Below are positions 41,886 to 52,414 of a stretch of 64,000 nt of DNA, one piece after another (within the stretch, counting starts at the first letter, position 1; every line of letters starts with the position of its first letter). The translations under genes were made by a program, and so were the position numbers. Below the pieces are notes generated by a model. The model had not been told where the DNA came from, did not search any database, and saw only the letters and a program-made list of their open reading frames with translations. This DNA comes from Halodesulfurarchaeum sp. (lineage in GTDB: Archaea > Halobacteriota > Halobacteria > Halobacteriales > Halobacteriaceae). The stretch lies in assembly GCA_034520565.1 (NCBI GenBank), contig JAXHNL010000002.1, positions 1,280,001-1,344,000 of the forward strand, in the 5' to 3' direction.

Positions 41886-42959
41886 TTAGGCGTTATCGGG
41901 ATCGGTTGGGACGCTGATGTCTCCTGCGATGATCGACTCTCGGGCGTCGGCGACTTCGTCTTTGACCTCCTGGGGAATCTCCGATCCCAGGTCAGTCCCG
42001 TAAACGGCTTCGATACCGCTGTCCTGTAACCCGAGCTGGTTCAACGAGCCCTCGAAATTGCCTTCGACGACGGATTCGACGCCAGTGTACACAGCCGTGT
42101 CGACGCGCTTGACCATGCTCGCGAGAATCACGTCGGCGTAACTGGATTTGGTGACCGACTGGTCCCGGTCGACGCCGATGGCGAACCGCCCCTCGCTCTG
42201 GGCGGCCTCGAAGACGCCCGTCCCGGTGTTCCCCGAGGCGTGATAGACGATATCGCTTCCGGACTCGTACATCGCGATCGCCGTCTCCTCGCCGCTGGAG
42301 GGTTCGTTGAACGATCCAACGTAGGAGGACTGGACCTCGATCTCCTCGTCGACTGACTTGACGCCCGCGATAAAACCGGCCTCGAACTTGCCGATGAGGT
42401 CGCCCTCGACTCCGCCGACGAAGCCGACCGATTTCTGGTCCGGATCCGTGCTTCCGCCGCCCGCACTGAAGTCTCGGGTCGTCAACAATGCGGCTAGCTT
42501 CCCGACGAGATACGACCCCTCGTGTTCTGCAAAGACGAACGAGGCGACGTTGTCGGCGTCGACGACGCTGTCGACGATCATGAAGTTCTGATCGGGATAT
42601 TCCGAAGCCGTTCCCGAAAGCGAGTCCGCCTGAAGATACCCGATCGCCGGAATCAGATCGTAGTCCGGATCCGTCGACTCGGCGAACTGGCTCTGATAAT
42701 CGCTGAACTGTGAGACTTCCTCCGGCTGGGCCTCGTCGTAGGCGAGGTCGAAATCCTCGGCTGCCTGGATGATTCCCTGCTGGGCCTGGTCGTTGAACGA
42801 TCCGTCGCCGAGGCCTCCAGTCGCATACACCATTCCGACGTTGTATCCGGCTCCTTCCTCCGTTTCGCCCCCGCCGGAACACCCGGCCAACGCGCTGAGT
42901 GATGTTGCGCCGATGCCACCGGCCACCTTGAGAAACGTTCGCCGATCGAAGGTACCCAT
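41886..42959 (-). CDS. BMP-family nucleoside-binding Tat lipoprotein
   Basis: DRRTFLK..LAGC; GGLGDGSFN; AIGVDRDQ..ASMVKRVD. Confidence 0.92.
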   Translation of the reverse strand: MGTFDRRTFLKVAGGIGATSLSALAGCSGGGETEEGAGYNVGMVYATGGLGDGSFNDQAQQGIIQAAEDFDLAYDEAQPEEVSQFSDYQSQFAESTDPDYDLIPAIGYLQADSLSGTASEYPDQNFMIVDSVVDADNVASFVFAEHEGSYLVGKLAALLTTRDFSAGGGSTDPDQKSVGFVGGVEGDLIGKFEAGFIAGVKSVDEEIEVQSSYVGSFNEPSSGEETAIAMYESGSDIVYHASGNTGTGVFEAAQSEGRFAIGVDRDQSVTKSSYADVILASMVKRVDTAVYTGVESVVEGNFEGSLNQLGLQDSGIEAVYGTDLGSEIPQEVKDEVADARESIIAGDISVPTDPDNA

Positions 42960-43042
42960 ATCTTCACAGGGTACGTGGCTGTGAAATAAAGGCGTCGAAT
43001 AATCGCTCGGAAACCCGTTTGGGACCGGCTGGGTAAGTCCCG

Positions 43043-44444
43043 TTAGTTTTCGATTCGTTCGATCGCCGATTCGATCGTCGATCGGACCGCAGTCACCAGG
43101 TCGTCGACGGTTTCGCTCTCGGCGTACAGCCGCACGTAGGGTTCGGTGCCGCTCGGTCGCACGAGGGCCCAGGCCCCGTCGTCGAATGCCAGTCGCACCC
43201 CGTATTCCGTCGAGACCGTCGCCGCCGGGAACGCCTCGGGCAGCGTCGGTTCCAGTCGATCCATGACTGGCGCTTTGTTCCCCTCCTCGCAGGGAATGCT
43301 CACTTTTCGGTAGGGACGCTCCGTGATTGGTTCCCGGAGTTCGGCCAGGCCGCCGGCCGCAGCCACGAGTACGGAAAGGAGGCCCGCGCTTGCGATCCCG
43401 TCGATCCAAAGCCCGAGTTGTGGATGGACGTGTTTCCAGGGCTCCGCGGCGAACACTACCGTCCCGGCATCGGACTGCACTGCAGCGATCCCCTCGTGGA
43501 GTGCGCCCAGTCGAACCCGTTCGACCGTCCCGCCCGCTGCTTCGACCCGCTGGTCGATCCGGCCCGACGCGTTCGGGGTGGTTACGACGACCGGGTCCTC
43601 GACCGTGGTCGTGCGCACGTAATATTCGGCGAGGATGGCCACGACGGTGTCCTCGTGGACGACGTCGCCCGGATCCGTCGAGCAGCACGACCCGGTCCGC
43701 GTCGCCGTCGTGGGCGATCCCGAAATCCGCCGGATGGTCCGCGACGAACGTGCTGAACGCCGAGAGCGTTTCGGGAGTGGGTTTACTGGGTCGGCCGGGG
43801 AACAGCCCGTCGACGTTGCCGTTTACCGACACGACGTCGGCGCCGAGGCGGTCGAGGACCTGGGGCGTTCCGAGACTGCCCATTCCGTTTCCACAGTCCA
43901 CGGCGATCGTTAATCCATCGAGTGGCGTCGGTTCCGCGAGTTCCGTGCCCGGCCCCGCTGGATGGCTTTCGGGGAGGGCCCGTCCCTCCAGGAATCCCAG
44001 GACCGCTGTTCGGTAGTCCTCGAGGATCGATTCTGACTCGGTCTCGCCCCACTGGTCCCAGTCGGCCGGTTCGGGTCCGCCGGCGATGCGATCGGCGACC
44101 GTCAGTTCGGCATCCCGGTCGAACTCCGACCCGTCGACGAAGAGTTTGATCCCGTTATCCTCCGGCGGGTTATGCGAGGCGGTCACCTGGACGCCATAGC
44201 GGCCCCGGGAGGCAAAGGCAAGCGCTGGCGTCGGAACCATGCCGACGTCGTGCACGGACGCTCCGGCACTCTCCAGACCGGCTCGGAGCGCGTCTCGGAG
44301 CGTCCCGCCAGTCACTCTTCCGTCCCGGCCGACTGCGAACTCCCGGCCCGGTTCGCCGACGGCCTGTCCCACCTGCAACGCGAGTTCCGGGGTCACCTCG
44401 TCTTTGACTCGGCCCCGGATCCCGGCGGTTCCAAAGAGATCCAT
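43043..44444 (-). CDS. Phosphohexomutase/phosphopentomutase (frameshift at ~43670)
   Basis: LFGTAGIRG, TASHNP, DGDADR, VRPSGTEP. Confidence 0.88.
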
Positions 44445-44503
44445 ACCCGGGGTTGCCGTCGGAGGTAGTATATAGTATCGAAAGTCGCTGTGCAATTGTC
44501 ACG

Positions 44504-44971
44504 TCACAACTGGACGCCGTTCGGAAGCAGGCTCTCTGACTCCCGGAGTTCGCCGGATTCGCCATAGACGAGAAACGTGTCCATCTCGACGGTTCGGACC
44601 GGTGTGGTCCCGGCGACGAACTGGATCCGGTATTTCGGCGGTCCGTCGACGGTCGACGCGCGACGTTTCGTCGCGTCCAGAAATTCGAGGACGCGTTCGG
44701 CGTCCACGTTGCACTCACAGATGTAATCGCCAGTGAGGCGATCGGAAACCCCGAGGACGCCTGCCTCCACGGACTCGGGCTCCCCCTTGAACCGGAGCGA
44801 GACGTCGACGTCGGATTCGTCAAGCGGGTTGCCATCCGCGCTTTCGAGGCCAGTTCTGAGGTCCGAGCCGGGGCCGTCGTACTGGATCCGCAGGGTCGGG
44901 AGCGGCGCCGTTTCGGCTCCCGAGACCGGCTCGACGTGTCGCATGGTCAGGGAGAACTCCTGGCGCTGCAT
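44504..44971 (-). CDS. Conserved haloarchaeal protein (DUF5793-like)
   Basis: Acidic ORF with GVLGVSDRLTGDYICE and SLLPNGVQL; family assignment from memory. Confidence 0.65.
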   Translation of the reverse strand: MQRQEFSLTMRHVEPVSGAETAPLPTLRIQYDGPGSDLRTGLESADGNPLDESDVDVSLRFKGEPESVEAGVLGVSDRLTGDYICECNVDAERVLEFLDATKRRASTVDGPPKYRIQFVAGTTPVRTVEMDTFLVYGESGELRESESLLPNGVQL

Positions 44972-45071
44972 TACCCGCAGTTCGGGTTCGCGAAAAATGA
45001 ACGTGACGGCGGGGGCGAGTCGTGTGGGGGGTTTTTAAGCAGGGCGCCGCCATCTGTGTGTGTAGAGATCG

Positions 45072-46760
45072 ATGCCCGAGAATCCAGCCGGGAACGGGGA
45101 CTCTCCCCCGGCCTTTGACTCCACGCTTTCGTCGATCCGGTGGCGACTCGCCCGGATCGCGGAGGTCATCACCGGCTCGTCCATCGACCTGGAGCCGTAC
45201 GACCCGGCCCGGGACGGACCGCTCGCCAGGTTTTCTGGACTCGAAGGGTACGAAGAGCTCGAGCGCTACTGGGTGAACGCCCCCTTTGCCTTCGTGACGA
45301 TCGCCCACAATCCCGAGCAAAACGAGTTCCGCTATCTCGTGGTCGAACCCGACCTGACCGAGTTCCAGCACGAACTCCTCGACCAGGTGTTCACCGATAC
45401 GCGGGAATCGCTGATCTTCCGGGCGGAGTACGACCCGGCCGACGCGGAAGCCGTCATCACCGAACACCTCCTCGAATTGCTCGGCCAGTACGGTGTCGAC
45501 GTGGACCCAAACACCGTCTATCGCCTGTTTTACTACCTCTATCGCACCTTCGAGGGTTTCGACAAACTCGACCCGCTCATGCGGGACCCCCACATCGAGG
45601 ACATCTCCTGTGACGGCTATGACCTCCCGATTTACGTCTATCACGACGAGTACACCGACATCCAGACCAATCGATCCTTCGCCGAGGAGGAACTCGACGA
45701 CTTCGTGATCAAGCTGGCCCAGAGTTCGGGCCAGCACATCTCGATCGGGGACCCAGTGACTGATGCCACGCTCTCCGACGGCAGCCGTGGCGAACTCGCC
45801 CTCGGTCGTGAAGTAACCCCTCGGGGATCGGCATTTACCATCCGGAAGTACGCAGAGGAACCGTTTACCCCCGCCGCGCTGGTCGACCTGAAAACCTTCA
45901 GCCTCGATCAGATGGCCTACCTCTGGCTCGCCATCGAGAGCAACAAGTCCCTCATCTTCGCCGGCGGAACCGCCTCGGGGAAGACGACATCGATGAACGC
46001 CGTCTCGATGTTCGTCCCGCCGAACGCGAAGGTCGTCACCATCGAGGACACCCGGGAGTTGACCCTCTATCACGACAACTGGCTCTCTTCGATCACCCGG
46101 GAGAGCCTCGGGGAGGGCGAGGACATTTCGATGTACGATCTGCTCCGCTCCTCGCTGCGTCATCGCCCGGAATACATCATCGTGGGGGAGGTCCGGGGCC
46201 GCGAGGCGATGACGCTCTTCCAGGCGATGAACACCGGGCATACCACCTTCTCGACGATGCACGCAGACAGCGTCCAGACGGTGATCAACCGCCTCGAGAA
46301 CGAACCGATCAACGTGCCACGCGCGATGATCCAGTCCCTCGACGTGCTCTCGGTGCAGACCCTGACCTACGTCGGGGACGAGCGGGTCCGTCGAACCCGG
46401 ACGATCGCCGAAATCGAGGGGATCGACCAGCGCACGGGGGATCTCGATTATTCGATGGCCTTCGAGTACGATCCGGAGAGCGACTCCCATGAGCAGTTCG
46501 ACAGCATCGTCCTCGAGGAGATCAGGGAGGATCGCGGCTGGACCCGCTCGGAACTGCTGCGCGAGTTTCGCGACCGGAAACGCGTCCTCCAGTACCTTCT
46601 GGAACACGACGTCAGGGATTATCGCCGATTCACCGCTCTGGTTAACGACTACTACGCCGACAAGGAGTCCGTCATGGCCCGCATTGGCGATCAACTGGAG
46701 CAATCGGTTCGGGGGCCGGACGTGATCGACCGGTCCGCCGACACGGAACCGGCCGGGTGA
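45072..46760 (+). CDS. pilB: Type IV pilus/T2SS assembly ATPase
   Basis: IEDISCDG, GGTASGKTT, IEDTREL, LRHRPEYIIVGEVRG, TGHTTFSTMHA. Confidence 0.92.
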   Translation: MPENPAGNGDSPPAFDSTLSSIRWRLARIAEVITGSSIDLEPYDPARDGPLARFSGLEGYEELERYWVNAPFAFVTIAHNPEQNEFRYLVVEPDLTEFQHELLDQVFTDTRESLIFRAEYDPADAEAVITEHLLELLGQYGVDVDPNTVYRLFYYLYRTFEGFDKLDPLMRDPHIEDISCDGYDLPIYVYHDEYTDIQTNRSFAEEELDDFVIKLAQSSGQHISIGDPVTDATLSDGSRGELALGREVTPRGSAFTIRKYAEEPFTPAALVDLKTFSLDQMAYLWLAIESNKSLIFAGGTASGKTTSMNAVSMFVPPNAKVVTIEDTRELTLYHDNWLSSITRESLGEGEDISMYDLLRSSLRHRPEYIIVGEVRGREAMTLFQAMNTGHTTFSTMHADSVQTVINRLENEPINVPRAMIQSLDVLSVQTLTYVGDERVRRTRTIAEIEGIDQRTGDLDYSMAFEYDPESDSHEQFDSIVLEEIREDRGWTRSELLREFRDRKRVLQYLLEHDVRDYRRFTALVNDYYADKESVMARIGDQLEQSVRGPDVIDRSADTEPAG

Positions 46761-48841
46761 TCCAGGTGCTCGAACTGCTTCCGCTCGGACTCGTGGTGTT
46801 CTTCCTCTCGATGATCGTCCTTGCCGGCGTGTCGAGGCGGGTGAATCGGATCGTCTCCCGTCTCTCCCTCGCGATTTTCGGGTCTTACGTCGCGAAGCGT
46901 CGGTCGAGGAACGTCGAACAACTCCACACTCTGGCGGGGGCCCACCGGATCGACACGTTTCGCGTGTACGCCGCCAAGACGTTTCTCTACGCCACCATCG
47001 GCGCGCTTGCCGGCAGCGTAGCAGGCGTATACGTCTTTCTCGCCTTCAGACAGGCACTCGTCGCCGTGGGGATCCCCGAACAAATCCCGTGGCTGTTGGG
47101 CTTTCTCCGGAACGAGCCGGCCGAGATGGGGGTATTTGGCCTGTTCGTCCTGCTTCTTTTGAGCAGTGCGACGATCGGGGCCGTGGGCGCGTACCTGATC
47201 TATCAGTTCCGGTGGTACCTCCCGAAGTACGTGGCGACCGAGCGATCCCGGCGAATCGACTCGACCCTCAAGCGAAACATCGCGTTTCTCTTCGCGCTCT
47301 CCCGGAGTGGAATGCCCTTCTCGAAGGTACTGGGGACGCTTGCAACACACACCCCCATCTACGGCGAGACCGCCCGCGAGTTCGAGGTGACGATGAAGGA
47401 CATCGATCTCCTCGGTGCCGACCTCGTCACGGGTATCGAGCGGACGAGCGATCGAACGCCCAACGACAACCTGGAGGAGTTCTCGGAGAACCTCGCGAGC
47501 GTGCTCCGGAGCGGGGGCTCGCTGACCGACTTCTTGGGGGGCCAGTACGAGTACTTTCTCGACGAGGAAAGTGCCCAACAGGACCGCTTTATCGAGTTGC
47601 TGGGAGCGCTCGCGGAGGCGTACGTGACCGTTTTCGTGGCCGGCATGCTCTTTCTCATCACGATCCTGGTGGTGGTTGGGCTGCTTCTTGGGGGGACACT
47701 GGCGCTCCTCCAGGTACTCGTGTACGTCGTGATCGGGCTGGCCAATATCGGCTTCATCGTCTATCTCGACACAATCACCGAGGACGTCCCCGACCCGGAG
47801 GAAACGCAGGCTGGATCGACTGACGTCGGCCAGTTCCCGGGCCTCTCAACCCGACAGCCGGAGGGACGAACTGACGATCCGGGTTCGGCGGTGGCGAAAA
47901 ATCGGTACAAACTGGTGATCGCCCGTCGATTGAGCCCGATTCGTCGCGCCTTCGACGACCCCGGCCGACTGTTGACCGAGCGGCCGAGCGCGATTTTGGC
48001 AGTGACGGTCCCACTCGGGATCATTTACTTGCTCGTGGCCTGGATGCCGTCCCTCGCGAGCGGAGCGATCGAGCCGGCTGCACTGGACGACCCATTGATC
48101 CAGGTCGCCGTTTTCGTTACCGGAACCTACGCCATTACCTACGAAACCGGACACCGACGTGTCAAGGAGATCGAAACGGCGATCCCCGACTTTCTCGAAC
48201 GGTTTGCCGCGACGAACGAGGCCGGTATGTCGATGATCGAGAGTTTCGGTCGGGTGGCCCGCACTGACATCGGGGCGCTCACGACGGAGATGCGCCGGAC
48301 CTGGACCGACATCCAGCTCGGTGCGCACATGGAAATGGCGTTGAGCCGTTTCGAGCAACGCGTTCGGACGCCGGCGATTACCCGGGTCACGACGCTGACG
48401 ACGAACGCGATGGGGGCCACCAACGACATCGGGCCGGTACTGCGTATTGCCGCCGACGAGGCCAAGTCCGCCAGGCGGCTCGAACGGGATCGCCGCAACG
48501 AGCTTTTGACCTACGTGGTCGTGATTTACGTCGCCTTCTTCGTGTTCATCGGTATCGTGCTGGCCCTCGATCAGGTGTTCATTCCGAGCATCCCCACGAA
48601 CCTTGACGTCGGTGGAGGGACCGCCCCTGGAACGGGACTCGGGTTCGGTGGGAGTATCGGTGATCTGACCGAGGCGAAAAAGGATGCCTACGGGCTGGTC
48701 TTCTTCCACGCCGGCCTCGTCCAGGGCTACGTTTCGGGCTTCGTCGCGGGCCAGATGAGCGACGGGAAACTCGCGAGCGGGGCCAAGCACGCGACGATCA
48801 TGCTCGTCATCGCGTATGCCGTCTTCCTGCTCTTCGGATGA
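46757..48841 (+). CDS. pilC: Type IV pilus membrane platform protein (T2SS F family)
   Basis: Two T2SSF-like repeats with TM segments; overlaps the pilB stop. Confidence 0.88.
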   Translation: MIQVLELLPLGLVVFFLSMIVLAGVSRRVNRIVSRLSLAIFGSYVAKRRSRNVEQLHTLAGAHRIDTFRVYAAKTFLYATIGALAGSVAGVYVFLAFRQALVAVGIPEQIPWLLGFLRNEPAEMGVFGLFVLLLLSSATIGAVGAYLIYQFRWYLPKYVATERSRRIDSTLKRNIAFLFALSRSGMPFSKVLGTLATHTPIYGETAREFEVTMKDIDLLGADLVTGIERTSDRTPNDNLEEFSENLASVLRSGGSLTDFLGGQYEYFLDEESAQQDRFIELLGALAEAYVTVFVAGMLFLITILVVVGLLLGGTLALLQVLVYVVIGLANIGFIVYLDTITEDVPDPEETQAGSTDVGQFPGLSTRQPEGRTDDPGSAVAKNRYKLVIARRLSPIRRAFDDPGRLLTERPSAILAVTVPLGIIYLLVAWMPSLASGAIEPAALDDPLIQVAVFVTGTYAITYETGHRRVKEIETAIPDFLERFAATNEAGMSMIESFGRVARTDIGALTTEMRRTWTDIQLGAHMEMALSRFEQRVRTPAITRVTTLTTNAMGATNDIGPVLRIAADEAKSARRLERDRRNELLTYVVVIYVAFFVFIGIVLALDQVFIPSIPTNLDVGGGTAPGTGLGFGGSIGDLTEAKKDAYGLVFFHAGLVQGYVSGFVAGQMSDGKLASGAKHATIMLVIAYAVFLLFG

Positions 48842-49482
48842 CCGACGGGGAACCGGATCCACCGTCGATTCGCCGGGTCTACGACCGGATCGGGGCCCAT
48901 TTCTCTCAGACCAGGCGCTATCCGTGGACGGACGTCACGGACTTTCTCGAGACCGTCGAGGGGGTGGTGGGGCTCGACGTCGGTTGTGGAAACGGTCGGC
49001 ATACCGGACCCCTTGCCGAGGTCGTTGACCGTCCGCTGGGGATCGACCTGAGCCGGACGCTGCTTTCGGAGGCCACGGAGCGGGCTGTCGAGGGGGACTA
49101 TCGGGCCGATTTCGTTCAGGGAACGGCCACATCACTTCCGATCGGTTCATCGACGGTCGATGTCGGACTCTACATCGCGGCGATTCATCACCTCAGAAGC
49201 CGGGCGGCCCGGATCGAGAGTCTCGACGAGTTGGCCCGGGTCCTCTCCCCGGGTGGAACGGCCCTGCTCAGCAGCTGGTGTACGACCCACGACCGGTTCG
49301 ACCGGACGATGGGTTTCGATACGACCGTCGACTGGACGCTTCCGGACGGGGAGACAGTCGCTCGATTCTACCACATTTACGACCCCGCGGAATTCAAGAC
49401 TGACGTCGAGGCGAGCGACCTCGAATGGCACGCGGTCTGGGTGTCCGCGGGCAATTGCTATGCCCGCGTCGGGCCGAGATGA
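48838..49482 (+). CDS. Class I SAM-dependent methyltransferase (Trm9/ALKBH8-like)
   Basis: VYDRIGAHFSQTR..W, LDVGCGNGRH, IAAIHHL, RFYHIY. Confidence 0.85.
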   Translation: MTDGEPDPPSIRRVYDRIGAHFSQTRRYPWTDVTDFLETVEGVVGLDVGCGNGRHTGPLAEVVDRPLGIDLSRTLLSEATERAVEGDYRADFVQGTATSLPIGSSTVDVGLYIAAIHHLRSRAARIESLDELARVLSPGGTALLSSWCTTHDRFDRTMGFDTTVDWTLPDGETVARFYHIYDPAEFKTDVEASDLEWHAVWVSAGNCYARVGPR

Positions 49483-49518
49483 AAGCTTCTTATCCGGGGG
49501 TCACATAACCTCGGCCGA

Positions 49519-49589
49519 GCGCCGGTGGTCTAGCGGCAGGACCTGAGCCTTCCAAGCTCATGGCCCGGGTTCGAATCCCGGCCGGCGCA
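49519..49589 (+). tRNA. tRNA-Gly(TCC)
   Basis: GCGCCGG/CCGGCGC acceptor stem, TGAGC-CTTCCAA-GCTCA anticodon arm, GTTCGAATC. Confidence 0.95.
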
Positions 49590-49590
49590 T

Positions 49591-49737
49591 CCACTTTTTA
49601 CTCCCTCGGGTTTCCTCGGTCGCCTTCGGCGACCTCCGGGAACCACTCGGTCGCAAAAACTTGGGGAAAAAGCCGCAGCTCGACGCTCACTCCGTTCGCG
49701 TCGAGTGAACCGCACTCGCTCCGCTCGTGCGGATGCT
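49591..49737. repeat. Multi-hairpin palindromic element directly after tRNA-Gly
   Basis: Hairpins GGTCGCC-TTC-GGCGACC, CTCGACGC..GCGTCGAG and CCGCAC..GTGCGG; outer CCACTTTTT..AAAAACTTGG pairing. Confidence 0.6.
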
Positions 49738-49875
49738 CAAACGTTGAGCTTTTTTAGAGACCGTCGATCCTTTCCTTTCGTTTGCTTTGTTTCCTCGCCG
49801 TTTTCTCCCTCTTTTTGCCTTCGAGACGGCACCTGTCCCCGTATATTAATACCATCGCCACCCGACGGCGAAGGT

Positions 49876-50622
49876 ATGCTGTCGTATCGGTTCGTGGACG
49901 TACTTGGACGGGCCGTCGAAACCGCCGGGCAGGCGGTTGCCGACGCGGCCGACGTGACCTCGGACCACCAGGGTGGCCTGATCCCGGACCAACCCGGCGT
50001 CGAGGAACGAGTCGGGGGCGAACTCCTGCGACAGATGGCTCGCGAGACCGACGGCCGCGAACTGGAGCGGGCCACGTTCGCGGCTCGCAGCGTTCGCGTC
50101 GACGGCTCGAAGCACTCCCCGTCTATTCCGGGTGTGGACATCGGGCTGGTGGTGTCAATCGACCTCCCGACCTACCGGGCCACGAGCGTGGCGCTCGGCA
50201 CGGTCCTGCATACGGCGAGTCTCCCCGAGGACGTCTCCGGGACGAACGGAACCCCGGTCAGGGATCGAGTGCAGTCACTCGTGGAACGAACGCCCGCGTC
50301 GTTCCTGCTTCTGGTGACCGAGACCGGGACCAGGGCCATCCCTGGTCGGAGCCTTCTCGCAATGGCCGACCCAGCGACGGTCGAGACCCTCGAAACCCAT
50401 CTCTACGGCCGGGCACTGGGTCGATTCGTCCAGGATCTCGCCGAAGGATTCGTCGGGGTGAGTCGACTCGACGGCGATACCAGGCCGCTCGCCGTGGCGC
50501 TCCAGGATGGGACGGGGCTTCGGGAGTGGGCGAAATCCCACCAACTCGACGGCGTGTACTCGCTGACTGTGGGAACGACACAGGATCGAACCGAATCCTC
50601 GCTTTCGGCCTTTCTCGACTGA
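49876..50622 (+). CDS. Hypothetical protein, possibly a degenerate PD-(D/E)xK nuclease fold
   Basis: 248-aa ORF; GVDIGLVVSIDLPTY..TPASFLLL..EGFVG pattern. Confidence 0.6.
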   Translation: MLSYRFVDVLGRAVETAGQAVADAADVTSDHQGGLIPDQPGVEERVGGELLRQMARETDGRELERATFAARSVRVDGSKHSPSIPGVDIGLVVSIDLPTYRATSVALGTVLHTASLPEDVSGTNGTPVRDRVQSLVERTPASFLLLVTETGTRAIPGRSLLAMADPATVETLETHLYGRALGRFVQDLAEGFVGVSRLDGDTRPLAVALQDGTGLREWAKSHQLDGVYSLTVGTTQDRTESSLSAFLD

Positions 50623-50643
50623 CACAACCCGTTCCCGAACCGC

Positions 50644-51447
50644 TCAAAACTCGATCCGCTCGACGAGTTGCTCGTCCGGGCTGGTGGTGTTGACCGCGAC
50701 GACCCGAATCTCGTCTTCGAGGCCCGAATCTCGGAGCTTGTTCATGAGCAAGCCGTCGACCTGGTAGACGCCGGCGGCGTTTCGCATGGTGATCTCGACG
50801 AGAACGGGGGTTCCGTCGCCCTCGAGGAGGTCCACCCGCTCGATCGACTGACTCGAAATCGTGTTGATTCCCCGGCCACCTTTCTCGTATGGGACCCGGG
50901 AGCGCCCGCGTTCCATGTCCAGTGCATCGGCGACGCGGATGACGCCCGCCTCAGTCGTGAGGGGGTCCTCGGCGGAGTGATGGCAGAGTATCGCGTGGAG
51001 GATCTCGCCTTTCATCTTCACCCGATCGGTGACGTCGTAGAACTCCCCGAGGAGCCGGTCGAGGACGTCCGCGGCCAGCATGATCGAGTAGTAGGTATGG
51101 TCGTCGCGGTGGACGACGTGGCCGATGTCGTGGAGCGTCGCCGCAAACGCGATGATGACCGACTCGTCGGCCTCCTCGAGTCCCTGGTCAGTCGCCCCGT
51201 TGAACGGAACGTCAGCGCGTTTGAGCAGCCCGTAGAGTCTGAGCGCCCGGTTCCGGACGATTTCGACGTGTTTCCAGCCGTGATCGTTGTACCCCTTGCG
51301 GTCGACCGGATTCACGTTCTGCGCTTCGAGATACGCCTGAACCTCCGGGTCGTCCTGAATCAAGTCCAGTGCCTCGTTGAGGCGCTCGTCTGGGAAGGCG
51401 TGGTCCGCGGCAGGATCGTAGGCCTGTGTTCCGTTCGAATCGCTCAT
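50644..51447 (-). CDS. HD-domain phosphohydrolase
   Basis: YNDHGWKH, LHDIGH, ILCHH, VADALD. Confidence 0.88.
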   Translation of the reverse strand: MSDSNGTQAYDPAADHAFPDERLNEALDLIQDDPEVQAYLEAQNVNPVDRKGYNDHGWKHVEIVRNRALRLYGLLKRADVPFNGATDQGLEEADESVIIAFAATLHDIGHVVHRDDHTYYSIMLAADVLDRLLGEFYDVTDRVKMKGEILHAILCHHSAEDPLTTEAGVIRVADALDMERGRSRVPYEKGGRGINTISSQSIERVDLLEGDGTPVLVEITMRNAAGVYQVDGLLMNKLRDSGLEDEIRVVAVNTTSPDEQLVERIEF

Positions 51448-51625
51448 GGGGGATCAAACGGCTGCCATCCCATTAGGCTTCGTGGCTCGGCATTCGACGG
51501 GGTGCCACGAAAGTCCAGTACAGGCACCACCGAACGGTGGTTTTGCTCGGCCAGGGGCATTTGTCGGGCGGACTGGAAGCGACGGAGCATAAAGCCTATA
51601 ATCGCTACTGGGTTAGACCCGTGTA

Positions 51626-51898
51626 ATGACATTCGAGGTGCTACCCGCGTTCGGACTACCCGCCGGGGGGATGGAACTGGCGATCATCCTGTTGATCGCC
51701 GTGCTCCTGTTCGGGGCGAACAAGATTCCGAAACTGGCCCGTTCGACCGGGCAAGCGATGGGCGAATTCCAGCGCGGTCGCGAGGAAATCGAACAGGAAC
51801 TCGAGGAAGTACGGGAGGGCGGTAGCGCCTCCGAAGAGACCGAACTTGGCAGTTCCGAGGGCGAGTCGGAGCCCGCGACCGAAACCGAAGAAGAGTAA
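51626..51898 (+). CDS. tatA: Twin-arginine translocase TatA
   Basis: GMELAIILLIAVLLFGANKIPKLARSTGQAMGEF. Confidence 0.93.
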   Translation: MTFEVLPAFGLPAGGMELAIILLIAVLLFGANKIPKLARSTGQAMGEFQRGREEIEQELEEVREGGSASEETELGSSEGESEPATETEEE

Positions 51899-51931
51899 CG
51901 GTTTTTTCCCGGCCCCGGTTATTCTGGTTCG

Positions 51932-52004
51932 GGGCGCGTGGCCAAGAGGATACGGCGAGAGGTTCCTAACCTCTAGATCGCGGGTTCGATTCCCGCCGCG
52001 CCCG
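51932..52004 (+). tRNA. tRNA-Arg(CCT)
   Basis: GGGCGCG/CGCGCCC acceptor stem, AGAGG-TTCCTAA-CCTCT anticodon arm, GTTCGATTC. Confidence 0.93.
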
Positions 52005-52414
52005 TGTCGTGGGTCGAGCAGGTGCGACTTTTTTTGTTCGGTGATTCGGAAAACCGTCCAGGTCCGCGCTCCTCTGGAATCGACTCTCGGGTTCGACCGA
52101 TCAATTCCCGATCAGTACTGCAACTGTGTCTCGTGGCACCCTGTGATGTTCGGGACTACGAGAATACACACCTCAATTTAGAGGTAGGTTTTGAGGAATG
52201 TAGCAGGTATTCTGGGCACGCAACTTGCCGCACACGTTCGGAGTCTCCTTTTTGGGGCACTGAACCCCGGTCAGTAAAACTCCCCGAAGTCGGGGCAATT
52301 ATAACGGGTGGGGTCCGATTTCACGTGTACTGGAGGCAACCGATGCCCCCTTGCAAAGGCCCTATGTGGGAGACCTGAGAACTGAACAAATGGAACTGTT
52401 AACCTGACACACAT

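Noticed and set aside
41886-44495. 869-aa apparent phosphomutase-BMP lipoprotein fusion
   Set aside because: Caused by a frameshift at ~43670; the mutase C-terminus is in ORF 43043-43642 and the BMP gene has its own Tat signal at 42959.
52005-52414. Integrated-element attachment remnant or small ORFs after tRNA-Arg
   Set aside because: No convincing duplicate of the tRNA 3' end, no integrase, and the ORFs lack coding signature.
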